From assembly GCA_021414205.1 (NCBI GenBank), contig JAIOOW010000003.1, positions 195,370-259,369 on the forward strand: a stretch of 64,000 nucleotides of DNA. The letters run 5' to 3'. Position numbers and translations under genes: made by a program. The notes below the pieces were generated by a model that saw nothing but the letters and a program-made list of their open reading frames with translations, was not told where the DNA came from and did no database searches. Below, one piece after another: positions 10,773-20,149 of this stretch (its first letter is position 1; every line of letters starts with the position of its first letter). Source of the DNA: Candidatus Anderseniibacteriota bacterium. GTDB lineage: Bacteria > Patescibacteriota > Andersenbacteria > UBA10190.

Positions 10773-13700
10773 ATGTACTCATCTTATTTACGTTTCAAAA
10801 AGTTTATTTCCGCGTTGACAATCGCATTATTTGCTGTTGTTAATCCATTACTTTCGTTTGTTCCTGCAGCGCATGCAAGCGAAGGTGACGTAACAGATTC
10901 TATAGTATCTACTCCTGTTGATGCTCCAGTAGATCAGCCGAGCGATATCGCGACGCCTTCTGACGCACCTGCACCGAGCGATACTCCTGCTCCGTCCGAT
11001 ACTCCAACTCCTACGGATACGCCCGTAGCTTCAGATACGAGTGCGCCGGTAGATCCAACTCCTGTTCCGGAAACAACGCCAGCACCAACAACTTCTTCTG
11101 ATCCCGTGAATACAGATGATGGTGTATGGCAGATGCTCGCGAACGGCAAAGCATTAACGCGAGATGCGGTAAATATGAGTACTACATATGTTGCTCCGCA
11201 AAATTCGAAAGTTACGGTTCATTTTACTCAGCTTCCAGAAACACCAGGAAATCTTACAATTCAAGAAATTAAATTATCTGCTGATCAGCAGAAGCAATTA
11301 GGTGCGCTCTCTGATACCGCATACGACATTTCTTCCAACATGGAAAATGGAACTTTTAAATATGACTTAACACTTCCGAATCCGACTGGAAACAAAGATG
11401 CAACGGTAAAGTACTCAGAAACAGTTAGCGATTTACCAAGTGCGCAAAACGTTACGCAGAAAACATCCGTAGATACAGATGAAAATACTATTACCATTAC
11501 GGGATTGAACCATTTTACGATTTTTACTCTTGTTGGTCATTATGCGCTCGATGGATCTGGTACTGATACCGGAACAGCTGCAAATGATGGAACGGTAAAT
11601 GGAACAACGGACAATGGTTCGGGTGCTACGCTTCAATTCTCGAATACCGACAGCAAGCATTTTAATGGAACAAGTGACTATATTCGAGTAGAGCGAACTG
11701 GCCATCCAGAGTTGGACCCAAGCGAAGTAACACTGTCTCTTTGGGCAAAGCTTGACGCTCTGAATGAAAACTATTCAAAGACAATTGCAGGTCGTGCAGG
11801 CGGAAGTAACGGATTAACCTATGGATTGAAGTTTTTGGATGGGTCTTCGAATAACGCGATTCAGGCGCAAGTACGGACACAATCATCGGGAAGTATTACT
11901 CTTACCTATGAAATTTCTCCACTAGATCTCGCATGGCATCAATATGCTGTTTCTTACGGAATATCAGATGGTGGAAATGTGAAGTTGTATGTAGATGGTG
12001 TTGTTAAAGCGTCTCAAAATAATATTGGAGCTGTGTTGGATTACAGAACAGCATTTTCTGATGATGACCTCTTTATTGGTAGAGATGGTCTTGGTAATTA
12101 TTATAAGGGCTCGGTAGATGATGTTCGAATGTATAATGGTCAGCTTGCTGATTCGCAAGTGGCAGTTCTTGCCGCAGGCTATGAAGACATAACTGCTCCA
12201 GACGTTCCCACTCTCGATTCGCCTGCGAGCCCCTCAATTATTCAGCCTTCTGCAGCGACGCTAAAGTGGAACACGGTGACAGACCCAAGTTCTCCGGTTA
12301 CATATAAATACGAATCTTCGTATTCAAGTACAGTTGGTGCAAACAATGCATTTACTTCGCCTATATATGGACCGGTAGTTAAAACGACGAATGAGATTGA
12401 CGCAACGCATTCACCTGACCACTTATACTATTGGCAAGTGCAAGCTTGTGATGCTAGAGGAAACTGCAGCGATTGGTCTGGCCCATGGCAGGTAACGATT
12501 GATGGTACAAAGCCTGTAATTGCTTCTCATTCCGATATTACAACAGAAGCAACGTCGGCTCTTGGCGCATCTGCAACGTTCACTTTGCCTACTGCAACAG
12601 ACGCTGTTGATGGAACGGATACGGTAACATGTGATAAAAATTCTGGGGATACTTTTCCAATTGGAACAACGCAAGTTAATTGCGATGCAACTGATACTGC
12701 TGGCAATCATGCATTGCAAACGCACTTTAATATAGTCGTTCAGGACACAATTTCACCAACAACTCCGACTACGCCAACAGTTGCAACTTCTCCAACGAAT
12801 AACAACAAACCAACATGGAGTTGGTCACCTGCGCCAACTGACGCAGTAGGGGTAGATCATTACGTTTTGTACTGGGGAACAGCGGCAGGATCTGAAACGT
12901 ATTCTCAAGCAGTTTCAGGCACCAGTTATACGCTCACTGCGCCACAAGCTCTTGCGGACGGGACGTGGTATGCAAAAGTGAAGGCATTTGACGCTGCGGG
13001 CAACTTTAGTACAAGCGGTAACGGATCAGTAGTGATTGATACTATTGCTCCAACTGCACCAAATCCGATTTCTCCTGCTGACGGATTTGCGGCAAAGCCG
13101 GTAGCAATTAGTCAGACATGGGATCACATTTCAGACGCAGTTCAGTATCAGTACCAGAGCTGTTACTCCGATCCCGGCACAGGTGTTGTATGCTCTGGAG
13201 CAAATTTAAAATCCCAATCGTATTACACTGGAACTACGAAGAATATTGGAAGCGGACAACCGGATAGTCATTTCTGGTGGCATGTCCGAGCAAAAGATGC
13301 TGCGGGGAATTGGAGTCCGTATGGGCAGGCGTTTGAGCTATATATTGACGGAACAGCACCAGTAACCACCGATTCTGGAACGGATACTGATTGGCACAAG
13401 GATAACGTAACAGTAACTCTCGCATGTGCGGATAGTTTAAGTGGTTGCGCTACGACGTACTGGAGTATCGATAGCACTCCGACAATCGCTACTCATGACG
13501 GCACAGGTAGCTCAGTAGTGGTATCGACAACAGGTATTCACACGATTCAATACTTCTCTGTTGATCATGCTGACAATGCAGAAGCTGTGAAGACTGCTGC
13601 AAATCAGGTACAGATTGATAAGGTAACGCCAGCAATGCCGTCATTCATCGGATCTATTGTTTCCCCAACTAATAATCCTGTAGTTTCTTGGACATGGGGC

Positions 13701-14918
13701 GCTATTACTGACGCAGATTCTGGACTTCAGCATTATCAGTATATGTTGCGAGATGCAGCTTCGACTATAATCGATTCTGGATTCACAACTCTTACGACAT
13801 ATTCGCACACGTTTTCAGTGAATGGAGTGTATACGTTCTTCCTACGAGCGATTGATAATGCGGGGAATAAAGGAGCGGGCGCAACATCCTCAGTGACGTT
13901 AGACGTAAGCGCTCCTGATAATCCGTCTGCAGATAATGCGGGAGGAAACTACGCATCCCCAGTAACTGTTGCGCTAACGAGTAACGATCCAACAGTGAAT
14001 GGAGTAAGTTCAAATCCGACAACTATCCGTTACACGACCGACGGCACAAATCCTGATGCAAGCAGTACGCTGTATGCTGGATCAATTACAATCAATCAAG
14101 ATACTACGCTAAAAGCAATTGCGTATGATGCGGTCGGAAATGCTTCAGGAGTTATGACAGAAGTGTATTATGTTGCTCCAGTAATCACTGATGTAACTTC
14201 TTCTGCGAATAGCAACCCAGCATCAGAGCGCGTTATTCATTGGGCAACAAATATCAACTCAGATTCACGCGTCGTATTTGGAACAACCTCAGTTTCAGAC
14301 ACTGACGCAACAACAGCAGGGTCTCCAAGCTATGGATATGGCCAGTCATCTGATCACCTGGACATTAGTCCAAATGGCGTAGTGACGCACACGGTAACAA
14401 TTACAGGATTGAATTCATTCACGACGTACTTTTACCGCGTAATTTCTGCAGAAACGTTAGCAACACTGAGTGCTGAATACTCATTCGGAACAGAGGCTAC
14501 CGATGGCAACCCAGGACCAAATGGCGATTCTGGAAGCTCTTCCGGATCATCTGATAATTCTGGGTCTTCAACAGGTAAAGTATTAGGCGCTACTACAAAG
14601 GCATCGCCTACACCAACTCCTGCTGTAATCTCTGGTACATCGGTAGATCTTGAATCTACGAATCCAGCAGCTAGTAAAGGTTCAAATGGGTCAGGATCTG
14701 GTACAGGTTCTCCTGAAGCGTCAGCATCCCCAAGCCCTTCTGTGAGCCCGTCTCCTGAAGCGTCACCGGAAATAAGTCCTACGCCAAGCCCGACTCCGCA
14801 AAGCGAGAATGGTAAGGCATTCCAGTGGTCGTGGTGGTGGCTAGTATTGCTTGCAATCATCGCAGGAGGAATCTGGTACTGGAGAAGAAACAACACGAAC
14901 AACGACGTTACTCCGTAA
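10773..14918 (+). CDS. giant cell-surface protein (1381 aa): signal peptide, Pro/Asp/Thr repeats, LamG/ConA-like, HYR-like, Fn3-like repeats, chitobiase-C-like module, Ser/Gly/Pro stalk, C-terminal TM anchor
   Basis: N-terminal hydrophobic signal; PSDxPAP repeats; LSLWAKLD...KLYVDGV (LamG); VTCDKNSG...CDATDTAGN (HYR); TTIRYTTDGTNPD...TLKAIAYD; C-terminal WWWLVLLAIIAGGIWYWRRN. Confidence 0.8.
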   Translation: MYSSYLRFKKFISALTIALFAVVNPLLSFVPAAHASEGDVTDSIVSTPVDAPVDQPSDIATPSDAPAPSDTPAPSDTPTPTDTPVASDTSAPVDPTPVPETTPAPTTSSDPVNTDDGVWQMLANGKALTRDAVNMSTTYVAPQNSKVTVHFTQLPETPGNLTIQEIKLSADQQKQLGALSDTAYDISSNMENGTFKYDLTLPNPTGNKDATVKYSETVSDLPSAQNVTQKTSVDTDENTITITGLNHFTIFTLVGHYALDGSGTDTGTAANDGTVNGTTDNGSGATLQFSNTDSKHFNGTSDYIRVERTGHPELDPSEVTLSLWAKLDALNENYSKTIAGRAGGSNGLTYGLKFLDGSSNNAIQAQVRTQSSGSITLTYEISPLDLAWHQYAVSYGISDGGNVKLYVDGVVKASQNNIGAVLDYRTAFSDDDLFIGRDGLGNYYKGSVDDVRMYNGQLADSQVAVLAAGYEDITAPDVPTLDSPASPSIIQPSAATLKWNTVTDPSSPVTYKYESSYSSTVGANNAFTSPIYGPVVKTTNEIDATHSPDHLYYWQVQACDARGNCSDWSGPWQVTIDGTKPVIASHSDITTEATSALGASATFTLPTATDAVDGTDTVTCDKNSGDTFPIGTTQVNCDATDTAGNHALQTHFNIVVQDTISPTTPTTPTVATSPTNNNKPTWSWSPAPTDAVGVDHYVLYWGTAAGSETYSQAVSGTSYTLTAPQALADGTWYAKVKAFDAAGNFSTSGNGSVVIDTIAPTAPNPISPADGFAAKPVAISQTWDHISDAVQYQYQSCYSDPGTGVVCSGANLKSQSYYTGTTKNIGSGQPDSHFWWHVRAKDAAGNWSPYGQAFELYIDGTAPVTTDSGTDTDWHKDNVTVTLACADSLSGCATTYWSIDSTPTIATHDGTGSSVVVSTTGIHTIQYFSVDHADNAEAVKTAANQVQIDKVTPAMPSFIGSIVSPTNNPVVSWTWGAITDADSGLQHYQYMLRDAASTIIDSGFTTLTTYSHTFSVNGVYTFFLRAIDNAGNKGAGATSSVTLDVSAPDNPSADNAGGNYASPVTVALTSNDPTVNGVSSNPTTIRYTTDGTNPDASSTLYAGSITINQDTTLKAIAYDAVGNASGVMTEVYYVAPVITDVTSSANSNPASERVIHWATNINSDSRVVFGTTSVSDTDATTAGSPSYGYGQSSDHLDISPNGVVTHTVTITGLNSFTTYFYRVISAETLATLSAEYSFGTEATDGNPGPNGDSGSSSGSSDNSGSSTGKVLGATTKASPTPTPAVISGTSVDLESTNPAASKGSNGSGSGTGSPEASASPSPSVSPSPEASPEISPTPSPTPQSENGKAFQWSWWWLVLLAIIAGGIWYWRRNNTNNDVTP

Positions 14919-14996
14919 AGATACTAAATACATATCGCTCCATTTCCCGCCTATTGGCGGGAAAGTGCTATATAAAGGCTCTTTTATTATTAAATA

Positions 14997-15025
14997 TTGA
15001 CAAAATAGTAATATAAGAGTATAAT
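14997..15025 (+). promoter_or_regulatory. consensus sigma70 promoter (TTGACA-17nt-TATAAT)
   Basis: -35 TTGACA 14997-15002, 17-nt spacer, -10 TATAAT 15020-15025; perfect consensus hexamers. Confidence 0.5.
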
Positions 15026-15125
15026 GGCACTATTCAGTGATTCTAGTTCTTTTGAAGAATCAATAGAGCAGTCGACATTCGTTTGTTGACTACGCGTGAT
15101 AAGGATCTTTTGGAGGGATGATTGT

Positions 15126-15296
15126 TATGGAGCCTCTTTTGGTCGCGTTTTTAGTTGTGGTGATCTTGGCGATTGGTCTCGTCTTCCTGATGGGGAACGA
15201 GGTTCCGATCCGGCAAAACTGGGTGGGATGTACTAATAACACCTCAGAGACCCACGACTTTAGTCGGCCCCGCTTGCGCATCAGGGACCTGCTTTA
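15126..15296 (+). CDS. hypothetical 56-aa single-TM peptide (not in ORF track, <60 aa)
   Basis: GGAGGG SD upstream; reads MEPLLVAFLVVVILAIGLVFLMGNEVPIRQNWVGC... with one TM helix; sits between consensus promoter and terminator. Confidence 0.3.
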
Positions 15297-15317
15297 GGCG
15301 AGTCCGCAGACTTCATT

Positions 15318-15358
15318 GCTCGGTGCTGTTTTTACACAGTGCCGGGCGATTTTTATTT
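15318..15358 (+). terminator. rho-independent terminator
   Basis: 11-bp stem gctcggtgctg/cagtgccgggc (with G-U pairs) followed by GATTTTTATTT. Confidence 0.4.
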
Positions 15359-15479
15359 ACCTGTGCAAAAGCGGATCGACGGGGCATACGAGGTGGATTC
15401 CGGTTTGCACTTTTTCCCTCTATCCTATACAGTATTGACAACGGCCCAGATAGGGCTGTTTTAAGAACAGCAAAGTTTC

Positions 15480-15671
15480 ATGGCTAAAATAGACCCAGTT
15501 TCATTTATTAAAGAGGCTCGCGAGGAACTGCTTAAAGTTACCTGGCCGTCTCGAGAAACGACTATTCGATACACTGTCGTAGTTATCATCGGATGTATTG
15601 CAATCGGAGCAATGGTGGGTGCTATGGACTTTATCTTAACTCGGGCATTACAAGCAGTTATTATTAAATAA
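15480..15671 (+). CDS. secE: preprotein translocase subunit SecE
   Basis: 63 aa, single C-terminal TM, conserved position upstream of nusG-rplK-rplA. Confidence 0.85.
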   Translation: MAKIDPVSFIKEAREELLKVTWPSRETTIRYTVVVIIGCIAIGAMVGAMDFILTRALQAVIIK

Positions 15672-15682
15672 TTTTATTACTC

Positions 15683-16237
15683 ATGGACCAAGAAGGGGAG
15701 CAAAAAACAGACGGGCGATCATGGTACGTACTTCATACCTACTCTGGGTACGAGGATAACGTGGCTCGCAACTTGCGCCAGCGCATCGAATCGATGGGCA
15801 TGGACGACAAGATTTTCCAAGTTATTGTCCCTCGCGAGAAAAAGATCCGCGTGCGAAACGGAAAGCGCAAAACGATTGATGAGCGCCTATTCCCAGGCTA
15901 TGTAATGGTTGAAATGATCGTTACAGAAGATTCTTGGTACGTTGTGCGCAACACGCCAAACGTAACAGGATTCGTAGGTTCTGGAGTTACTCCAACGCCT
16001 GTGGCGAAAGAGGAAATCGACCGATTGCTCTCTCGTATGGGCGATGATGAGCCGAAGTACAAGATCGACGTGGTTGAAGGGGACTCTGTACGCATTATGG
16101 ATGGTCCGTTCAAGGAGTTCGAAGGCAAGATTTCTGACGTAAACGATTCTAAGGGTACGGTTAAGGTATTAGTGAACGTATTCGGTCGAGAAACGCCAGT
16201 AGAGCTTGACTTTTTACAGATTAAGAAGGAAGGTTAA
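15683..16237 (+). CDS. nusG: transcription termination/antitermination factor NusG
   Basis: NGN domain (WYVLHTYSGYE) and KOW domain (GDSVRIMDGPFKEFEGKI). Confidence 0.9.
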   Translation: MDQEGEQKTDGRSWYVLHTYSGYEDNVARNLRQRIESMGMDDKIFQVIVPREKKIRVRNGKRKTIDERLFPGYVMVEMIVTEDSWYVVRNTPNVTGFVGSGVTPTPVAKEEIDRLLSRMGDDEPKYKIDVVEGDSVRIMDGPFKEFEGKISDVNDSKGTVKVLVNVFGRETPVELDFLQIKKEG

Positions 16238-16249
16238 TTATCACATCAT

Positions 16250-16669
16250 ATGAAAGAAATTCTCACAGTATTTAAATTGCAAGGCCCAGGAGGAAAAATT
16301 ACTCCTGCTCCACCCGTTGGACCAGCATTGGGCCAGCACGGATTGAACATCCAAGATTTCGTTACTCGATTTAACGACATGACAAAAGAGATGATGGGCG
16401 ATGTTATTCCGGTTGAAATTACCGTATATGCTGATCGCACGTTTGATTTGAAGTTGAAGACTCCGCCAGCATCAGAACTTATTAAAAAGGCCGCAAAGAT
16501 TACGAGCGGATCCTCTACGCCAAATACGGCAAAGGTTGGAAAGATTACAAAAGCACAGGTTCGAGAAATTGCAGAAAAGAAGATGGAAGATTTATCAGCG
16601 CGCGATGTTGAATCCGCAATGACCATGATCGAAGGCACTGCCCGATCAATGGGAGTAACCGTTGAATAA
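16250..16669 (+). CDS. rplK: 50S ribosomal protein L11
   Basis: [20 protein letters not shown] signature. Confidence 0.95.
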   Translation: MKEILTVFKLQGPGGKITPAPPVGPALGQHGLNIQDFVTRFNDMTKEMMGDVIPVEITVYADRTFDLKLKTPPASELIKKAAKITSGSSTPNTAKVGKITKAQVREIAEKKMEDLSARDVESAMTMIEGTARSMGVTVE

Positions 16670-16672
16670 CCT

Positions 16673-17350
16673 ATGAGAAGCAAAGCCTACAAAGCAGTAA
16701 AGGAAAAAACGTCTGAAACACCAATTGATATTGTTTCTGCGCTTGCGTTCCTAAAAGAGCACACGAGGAAGTCATTCGATGAAACGATTGAAATCCACAT
16801 GGCGCTCGGCGTTGATGCAAGCAAGCAAGAGCAAGCCGTTCGCGGGAGCGTAGTGCTGCCAAGCGGAACTCCAAAGCAAAAGCGAGTGATGGTTGTGTCT
16901 GCTGATGCAAAGAAGCAAGAAGATGCAAAGAAGGCAGGAGCAGCTGTAGTTGGCGGAGAAGAACTAATCGCAAGCATGGAAAAGAATGGTATTGCAGATA
17001 TTGACGTTGTAATCGCAACTCCTGACATGATGGTAAAGCTTGCGAAGATTGCGCGAGTGCTTGGTCCGAAAGGTCTTATGCCGAATCCAAAGACTGGAAC
17101 AGTTACGGCAGATGTTGTTGGGGCAGTAAAAGAGCTTGCAGCTGGAAAAGTTGTGTTTAAGATGGATCAGCAGGGCAATATGCACGGAGCAATCGGCAAG
17201 GCGAGCTGGGATGCGGATAAGACGGCGGCAAACGTTGTTGCATTTATCGAAGCGGTGAAGGCAATGCGCCCGGCAACGCAGCGCGGAGAATTCCTTCGCA
17301 AGATTGTGCTCAAGACGAGCATGAGCCCAGCAGTTCGAGTATCTCTCTAA
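16673..17350 (+). CDS. rplA: 50S ribosomal protein L1
   Basis: 225 aa L1 family (TRKSFDETIEIHMALGVD, VLGPKGLMPNPKTGTVT). Confidence 0.95.
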   Translation: MRSKAYKAVKEKTSETPIDIVSALAFLKEHTRKSFDETIEIHMALGVDASKQEQAVRGSVVLPSGTPKQKRVMVVSADAKKQEDAKKAGAAVVGGEELIASMEKNGIADIDVVIATPDMMVKLAKIARVLGPKGLMPNPKTGTVTADVVGAVKELAAGKVVFKMDQQGNMHGAIGKASWDADKTAANVVAFIEAVKAMRPATQRGEFLRKIVLKTSMSPAVRVSL

Positions 17351-17366
17351 GCTACATATACGGAAC

Positions 17367-18059
17367 ATGGCCGGTATCTTGATCAGTTTTGATGGCCTAG
17401 ATTCATCGGGAAAAGCCACCCAGGCGGGTGTGCTTTTTTCGCATTTGGAGCACCGAGGTGCGCTTGTGAAGCGATTTGAATCCCCGGATTACACAACACC
17501 ATCTGGAAAAGAATTAAAATTGCGCTTGCAGGGTAAACTTGGCGATTGGGCGCATACGCCATGGCAAGAAAAGATGGGATACTTTGCTCAAAACAGAACA
17601 GAGCACAAGCAGGAAGTGCAAGATATTTTAAACCAAAACGGTATTATTATTTACGACCGTTATGTGCCGAGTAGTATCGCGTTTATGGTTGAAGAGGCTC
17701 ATGCTGCAGGTGAGGATAGGATTGCGATCCATAAGGCAGTACGTGAGCTTGAGTGCGACGTAAACGGTATGCCAAGAGAGCACATGTCGCTCTTTTTCGA
17801 TATTCCTCCAAAAGTGGCAATTGAAATGCTGGAAGGAAGAAAGGCGAACGCGGGTGATGAAAACGAAGTGACGGATCATATTTCTGTGCAAGAGGCCCTG
17901 CACGCAGAATATGTGCAGATGTGCAAAGAGTATCCTGAAACGATGATGCATGTGGTATGCATGAGCGGGGATGCGCTACGAAGCATTGATGACATAGCTC
18001 GAGAGGTGAGGACTCGACTTGCACAAACATTTCCCGAACACGTACAATTCTTTGCATGA
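17367..18059 (+). CDS. tmk: thymidylate kinase family protein (P-loop GLDSSGKAT, DRY motif)
   Basis: ISFDGLDSSGKATQ Walker A-like, YDRY lid motif; 230 aa. Confidence 0.7.
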   Translation: MAGILISFDGLDSSGKATQAGVLFSHLEHRGALVKRFESPDYTTPSGKELKLRLQGKLGDWAHTPWQEKMGYFAQNRTEHKQEVQDILNQNGIIIYDRYVPSSIAFMVEEAHAAGEDRIAIHKAVRELECDVNGMPREHMSLFFDIPPKVAIEMLEGRKANAGDENEVTDHISVQEALHAEYVQMCKEYPETMMHVVCMSGDALRSIDDIAREVRTRLAQTFPEHVQFFA

Positions 18060-18709
18060 ATCCATTTATTGTCCTAGAAGCATTAGACGCAGGAGGGAGT
18101 CAGACGCAGACAGATTTGCTATCTGCTCGATTAAAAAAAGAGGGGTACGTTCCGCATCAATATCATTTTCCGCAAGAAGATAGGGCCACTGGGAGAATGA
18201 TTTATGATAAGTTTTTGTTGTTCAAAAATAAATATCCATTTTCTCGCCGAGAACAAGCGTTGCTCTATATTCAAGATTTCTTTTCAAAACAAGAAGAATT
18301 TTTAGAAGTTATTTCAAGTACAAAAGAAAAGGCGATATTGGTTTCCGATCGCTATGCCACGAGCACGATGGCATACCAGACGATAGGATTACCAGGAGCA
18401 AAGCGCAAAGAAATGATGAATTGGGTTACGTGGCTGTGCTACAAAAATACGCCAGCATTACCGAAGCCAGATATTGTATTGTTTTTAGATACACCGGTTG
18501 AAGTTTCTTTGCAGCGTTTGGCAAAGAAAAAGAAAGACTTTTTTGAAACAAAAGAAAAGCTTACTGCAATCCGAAATAGCTATTTGAAGATTGCTAAAGA
18601 GCAGAAGTGGGTTGTGTTTAATAGTGTTGATGAGAATGGTGAACAAAAAACTCGCGAAGCATTGCACGAAGAGATTTGGACAGCGGTACAAAAGCGGTTG
18701 ACGAAATAG
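18056..18709 (+). CDS. thymidylate-kinase-like paralog with degenerate P-loop (ALDAGGSQT, no Walker-A lysine)
   Basis: FIVLEALDAGGSQTQ aligns to Tmk P-loop but K replaced by Q; DRY retained (SDRYATS); ATGA overlap with upstream tmk. Confidence 0.6.
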   Translation: MNPFIVLEALDAGGSQTQTDLLSARLKKEGYVPHQYHFPQEDRATGRMIYDKFLLFKNKYPFSRREQALLYIQDFFSKQEEFLEVISSTKEKAILVSDRYATSTMAYQTIGLPGAKRKEMMNWVTWLCYKNTPALPKPDIVLFLDTPVEVSLQRLAKKKKDFFETKEKLTAIRNSYLKIAKEQKWVVFNSVDENGEQKTREALHEEIWTAVQKRLTK

Positions 18710-19077
18710 CCAGTTTACGCAAAAATCAAGGCTGGTCTTTCTAATTGAAAGGGGGTGCCATGAAGCAACCTGAAAAGAATAACGGATCTTTTACGGATTT
18801 CGAGAGTGGGTTGATGATAGGCTTTTGCTTGCTGTGCCTTCTTTCCCTGGAGATTGCCATTTCGATTGTTGAGCAGGTGGGGCGATATTTTTGTGGGGGG
18901 TAGTCAGTATGGAGGATGACAAGGATGATTGGATCTGCGCGTTATTTGCGAACGTCAGCCAAGAGAGCCTGGAATTCTGGGGCTTTGGTGGAAATTTCGT
19001 TATTTGTTTTGCCGTCGTTGTTCGGGTTGGATACGTGTCTGTGACCGGATGCTGTCCGTGGTTATTTTAACGAGAAG

Positions 19078-19127
19078 CAAAAACTCGCACGAGGTCCAAG
19101 TGGATCTTCTGCGAGTTATTTTTTTAC
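19078..19127. terminator. bidirectional hairpin terminator (serves dut on minus strand)
   Basis: ACTCGCA(19083-89)...TGCGAGT(19110-16) flanked by A-run upstream and T-run downstream. Confidence 0.45.
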
Positions 19128-19130
19128 TTA

Positions 19131-19553
19131 TTATCGTCCGCTGCTGCCGAAACCTTTTGCTCCGCGTTCGGATTCCTCCAAATTCTCAACTTCTGTAATC
19201 TCTGTAGGTTCAAATTTTTGTACTACGGCTTGGATAATTTTATCGCCTGATTTTATTTCAAATGGTTCGTTCGTAGAATTCCATAAAATTACTTTCCACT
19301 CTCCGCGGTATCCAGAATCGATGACGCCTGCGAATCGATGGATACCTTTCGACCCTAATCCGGAACGGTCCCAAAGCAATGCCACATATCCTGTTGGGAT
19401 TGCGCATGCAATACCTGTGGTGAACATGTGGCGTTCGTCAGGTTGTAGTGTGTATGTTTCGTTCGTAAAAATATCTATCCCCGCATCTTCAGCATTGCCT
19501 TTAGCAGGAAGCGTCGCGTCCGGAGATAATTTTTGTACGTGAAATGGGATCAT
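19131..19553 (-). CDS. dut: dUTP diphosphatase
   Basis: KLSPDATLPAKGNAEDAGIDI and GVIDSGYRGEW dUTPase motifs; start ATG overlaps dcd stop (ATGA). Confidence 0.85.
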   Translation of the reverse strand: MIPFHVQKLSPDATLPAKGNAEDAGIDIFTNETYTLQPDERHMFTTGIACAIPTGYVALLWDRSGLGSKGIHRFAGVIDSGYRGEWKVILWNSTNEPFEIKSGDKIIQAVVQKFEPTEITEVENLEESERGAKGFGSSGR

Positions 19554-20122
19554 AACGATTCTTTGGAAATAGCAGAATCTGTTGTTCCTGTCTTGCTGTG
19601 GTACTTTGCGGTCGGCTTCGATGTGTACGGCTGTTCTGCTGGGGAAGAAAGCGGCTCGAAAATAAGCTGGCAGATGCGCATTTTGGGATAGAGCAAAATA
19701 GGTGCCATTCCGATATTGCGAAGCTCGAGCGTAATTGTTCCGCGCCACCCTGCATCAATATGGCCTGCGGTGGAGTGGATAACGAGCCCGAGTCGTCCGA
19801 GGCTGCTTCTGCCTTCTACGCGAGCTGCTAGAGCATCGCCCCATTCTACCCATTCTAATGTGGAGGCTAATACGAATTCGTTCGGGTGAATAACATATGG
19901 CTCTTTTTTGCTAATCGTAATTTCTTCTGTCATGCCCTCTGTGGTTTTGCTATCGAACGGGTCGACAAACGCCTGTTTTCGGTGTTTAAAAAATCGGAAT
20001 GTATAGCCAAGGCGCAGGTCGAGGCTGGATGATCCTAATTGTTCTTTTAAATTTGGTTTTGGGTTGACGATTATTTCTTTTTTCTTCAATGCTTGTTTGA
20101 TGTCTCGGTCTGATAAAATCAT
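19550..20122 (-). CDS. dcd: dCTP deaminase
   Basis: MILSDRDIKQAL...IIVNP N-terminus typical of Dcd; 190 aa. Confidence 0.85.
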   Translation of the reverse strand: MILSDRDIKQALKKKEIIVNPKPNLKEQLGSSSLDLRLGYTFRFFKHRKQAFVDPFDSKTTEGMTEEITISKKEPYVIHPNEFVLASTLEWVEWGDALAARVEGRSSLGRLGLVIHSTAGHIDAGWRGTITLELRNIGMAPILLYPKMRICQLIFEPLSSPAEQPYTSKPTAKYHSKTGTTDSAISKESL

Positions 20123-20149
20123 AGTACTTAAAACGGTATCCGATAGGCT

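Noticed and set aside
10920-11110. PSDTPAP-type nucleotide repeats that might suggest a CRISPR array
   Set aside because: The repeats are in-frame coding repeats inside the surface protein (Pro/Asp/Thr stalk). There are no spacer-repeat periodicity, leader or cas genes, and no CRISPR array anywhere in the window.
14432-14902. 156-aa minus-strand ORF
   Set aside because: It is a mirror image of the Ser/Gly/Pro-rich stalk of the surface protein. The Gly-rich frames 48068..48364 (-) and 61341..61766 (+) likewise mirror PT-rich linkers.
15300-15480. SRP RNA or tmRNA upstream of secE
   Set aside because: Neither the SRP domain IV GGAAGCAGC-type motif nor a tmRNA tRNA-like 3' end is present. The stem-loop there is better explained as a terminator.
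16246-17419. Series of minus-strand ORFs (16246..16683, 16671..17018, 16687..17028, 16964..17419)
   Set aside because: They are antisense to the highly conserved rplK and rplA genes.
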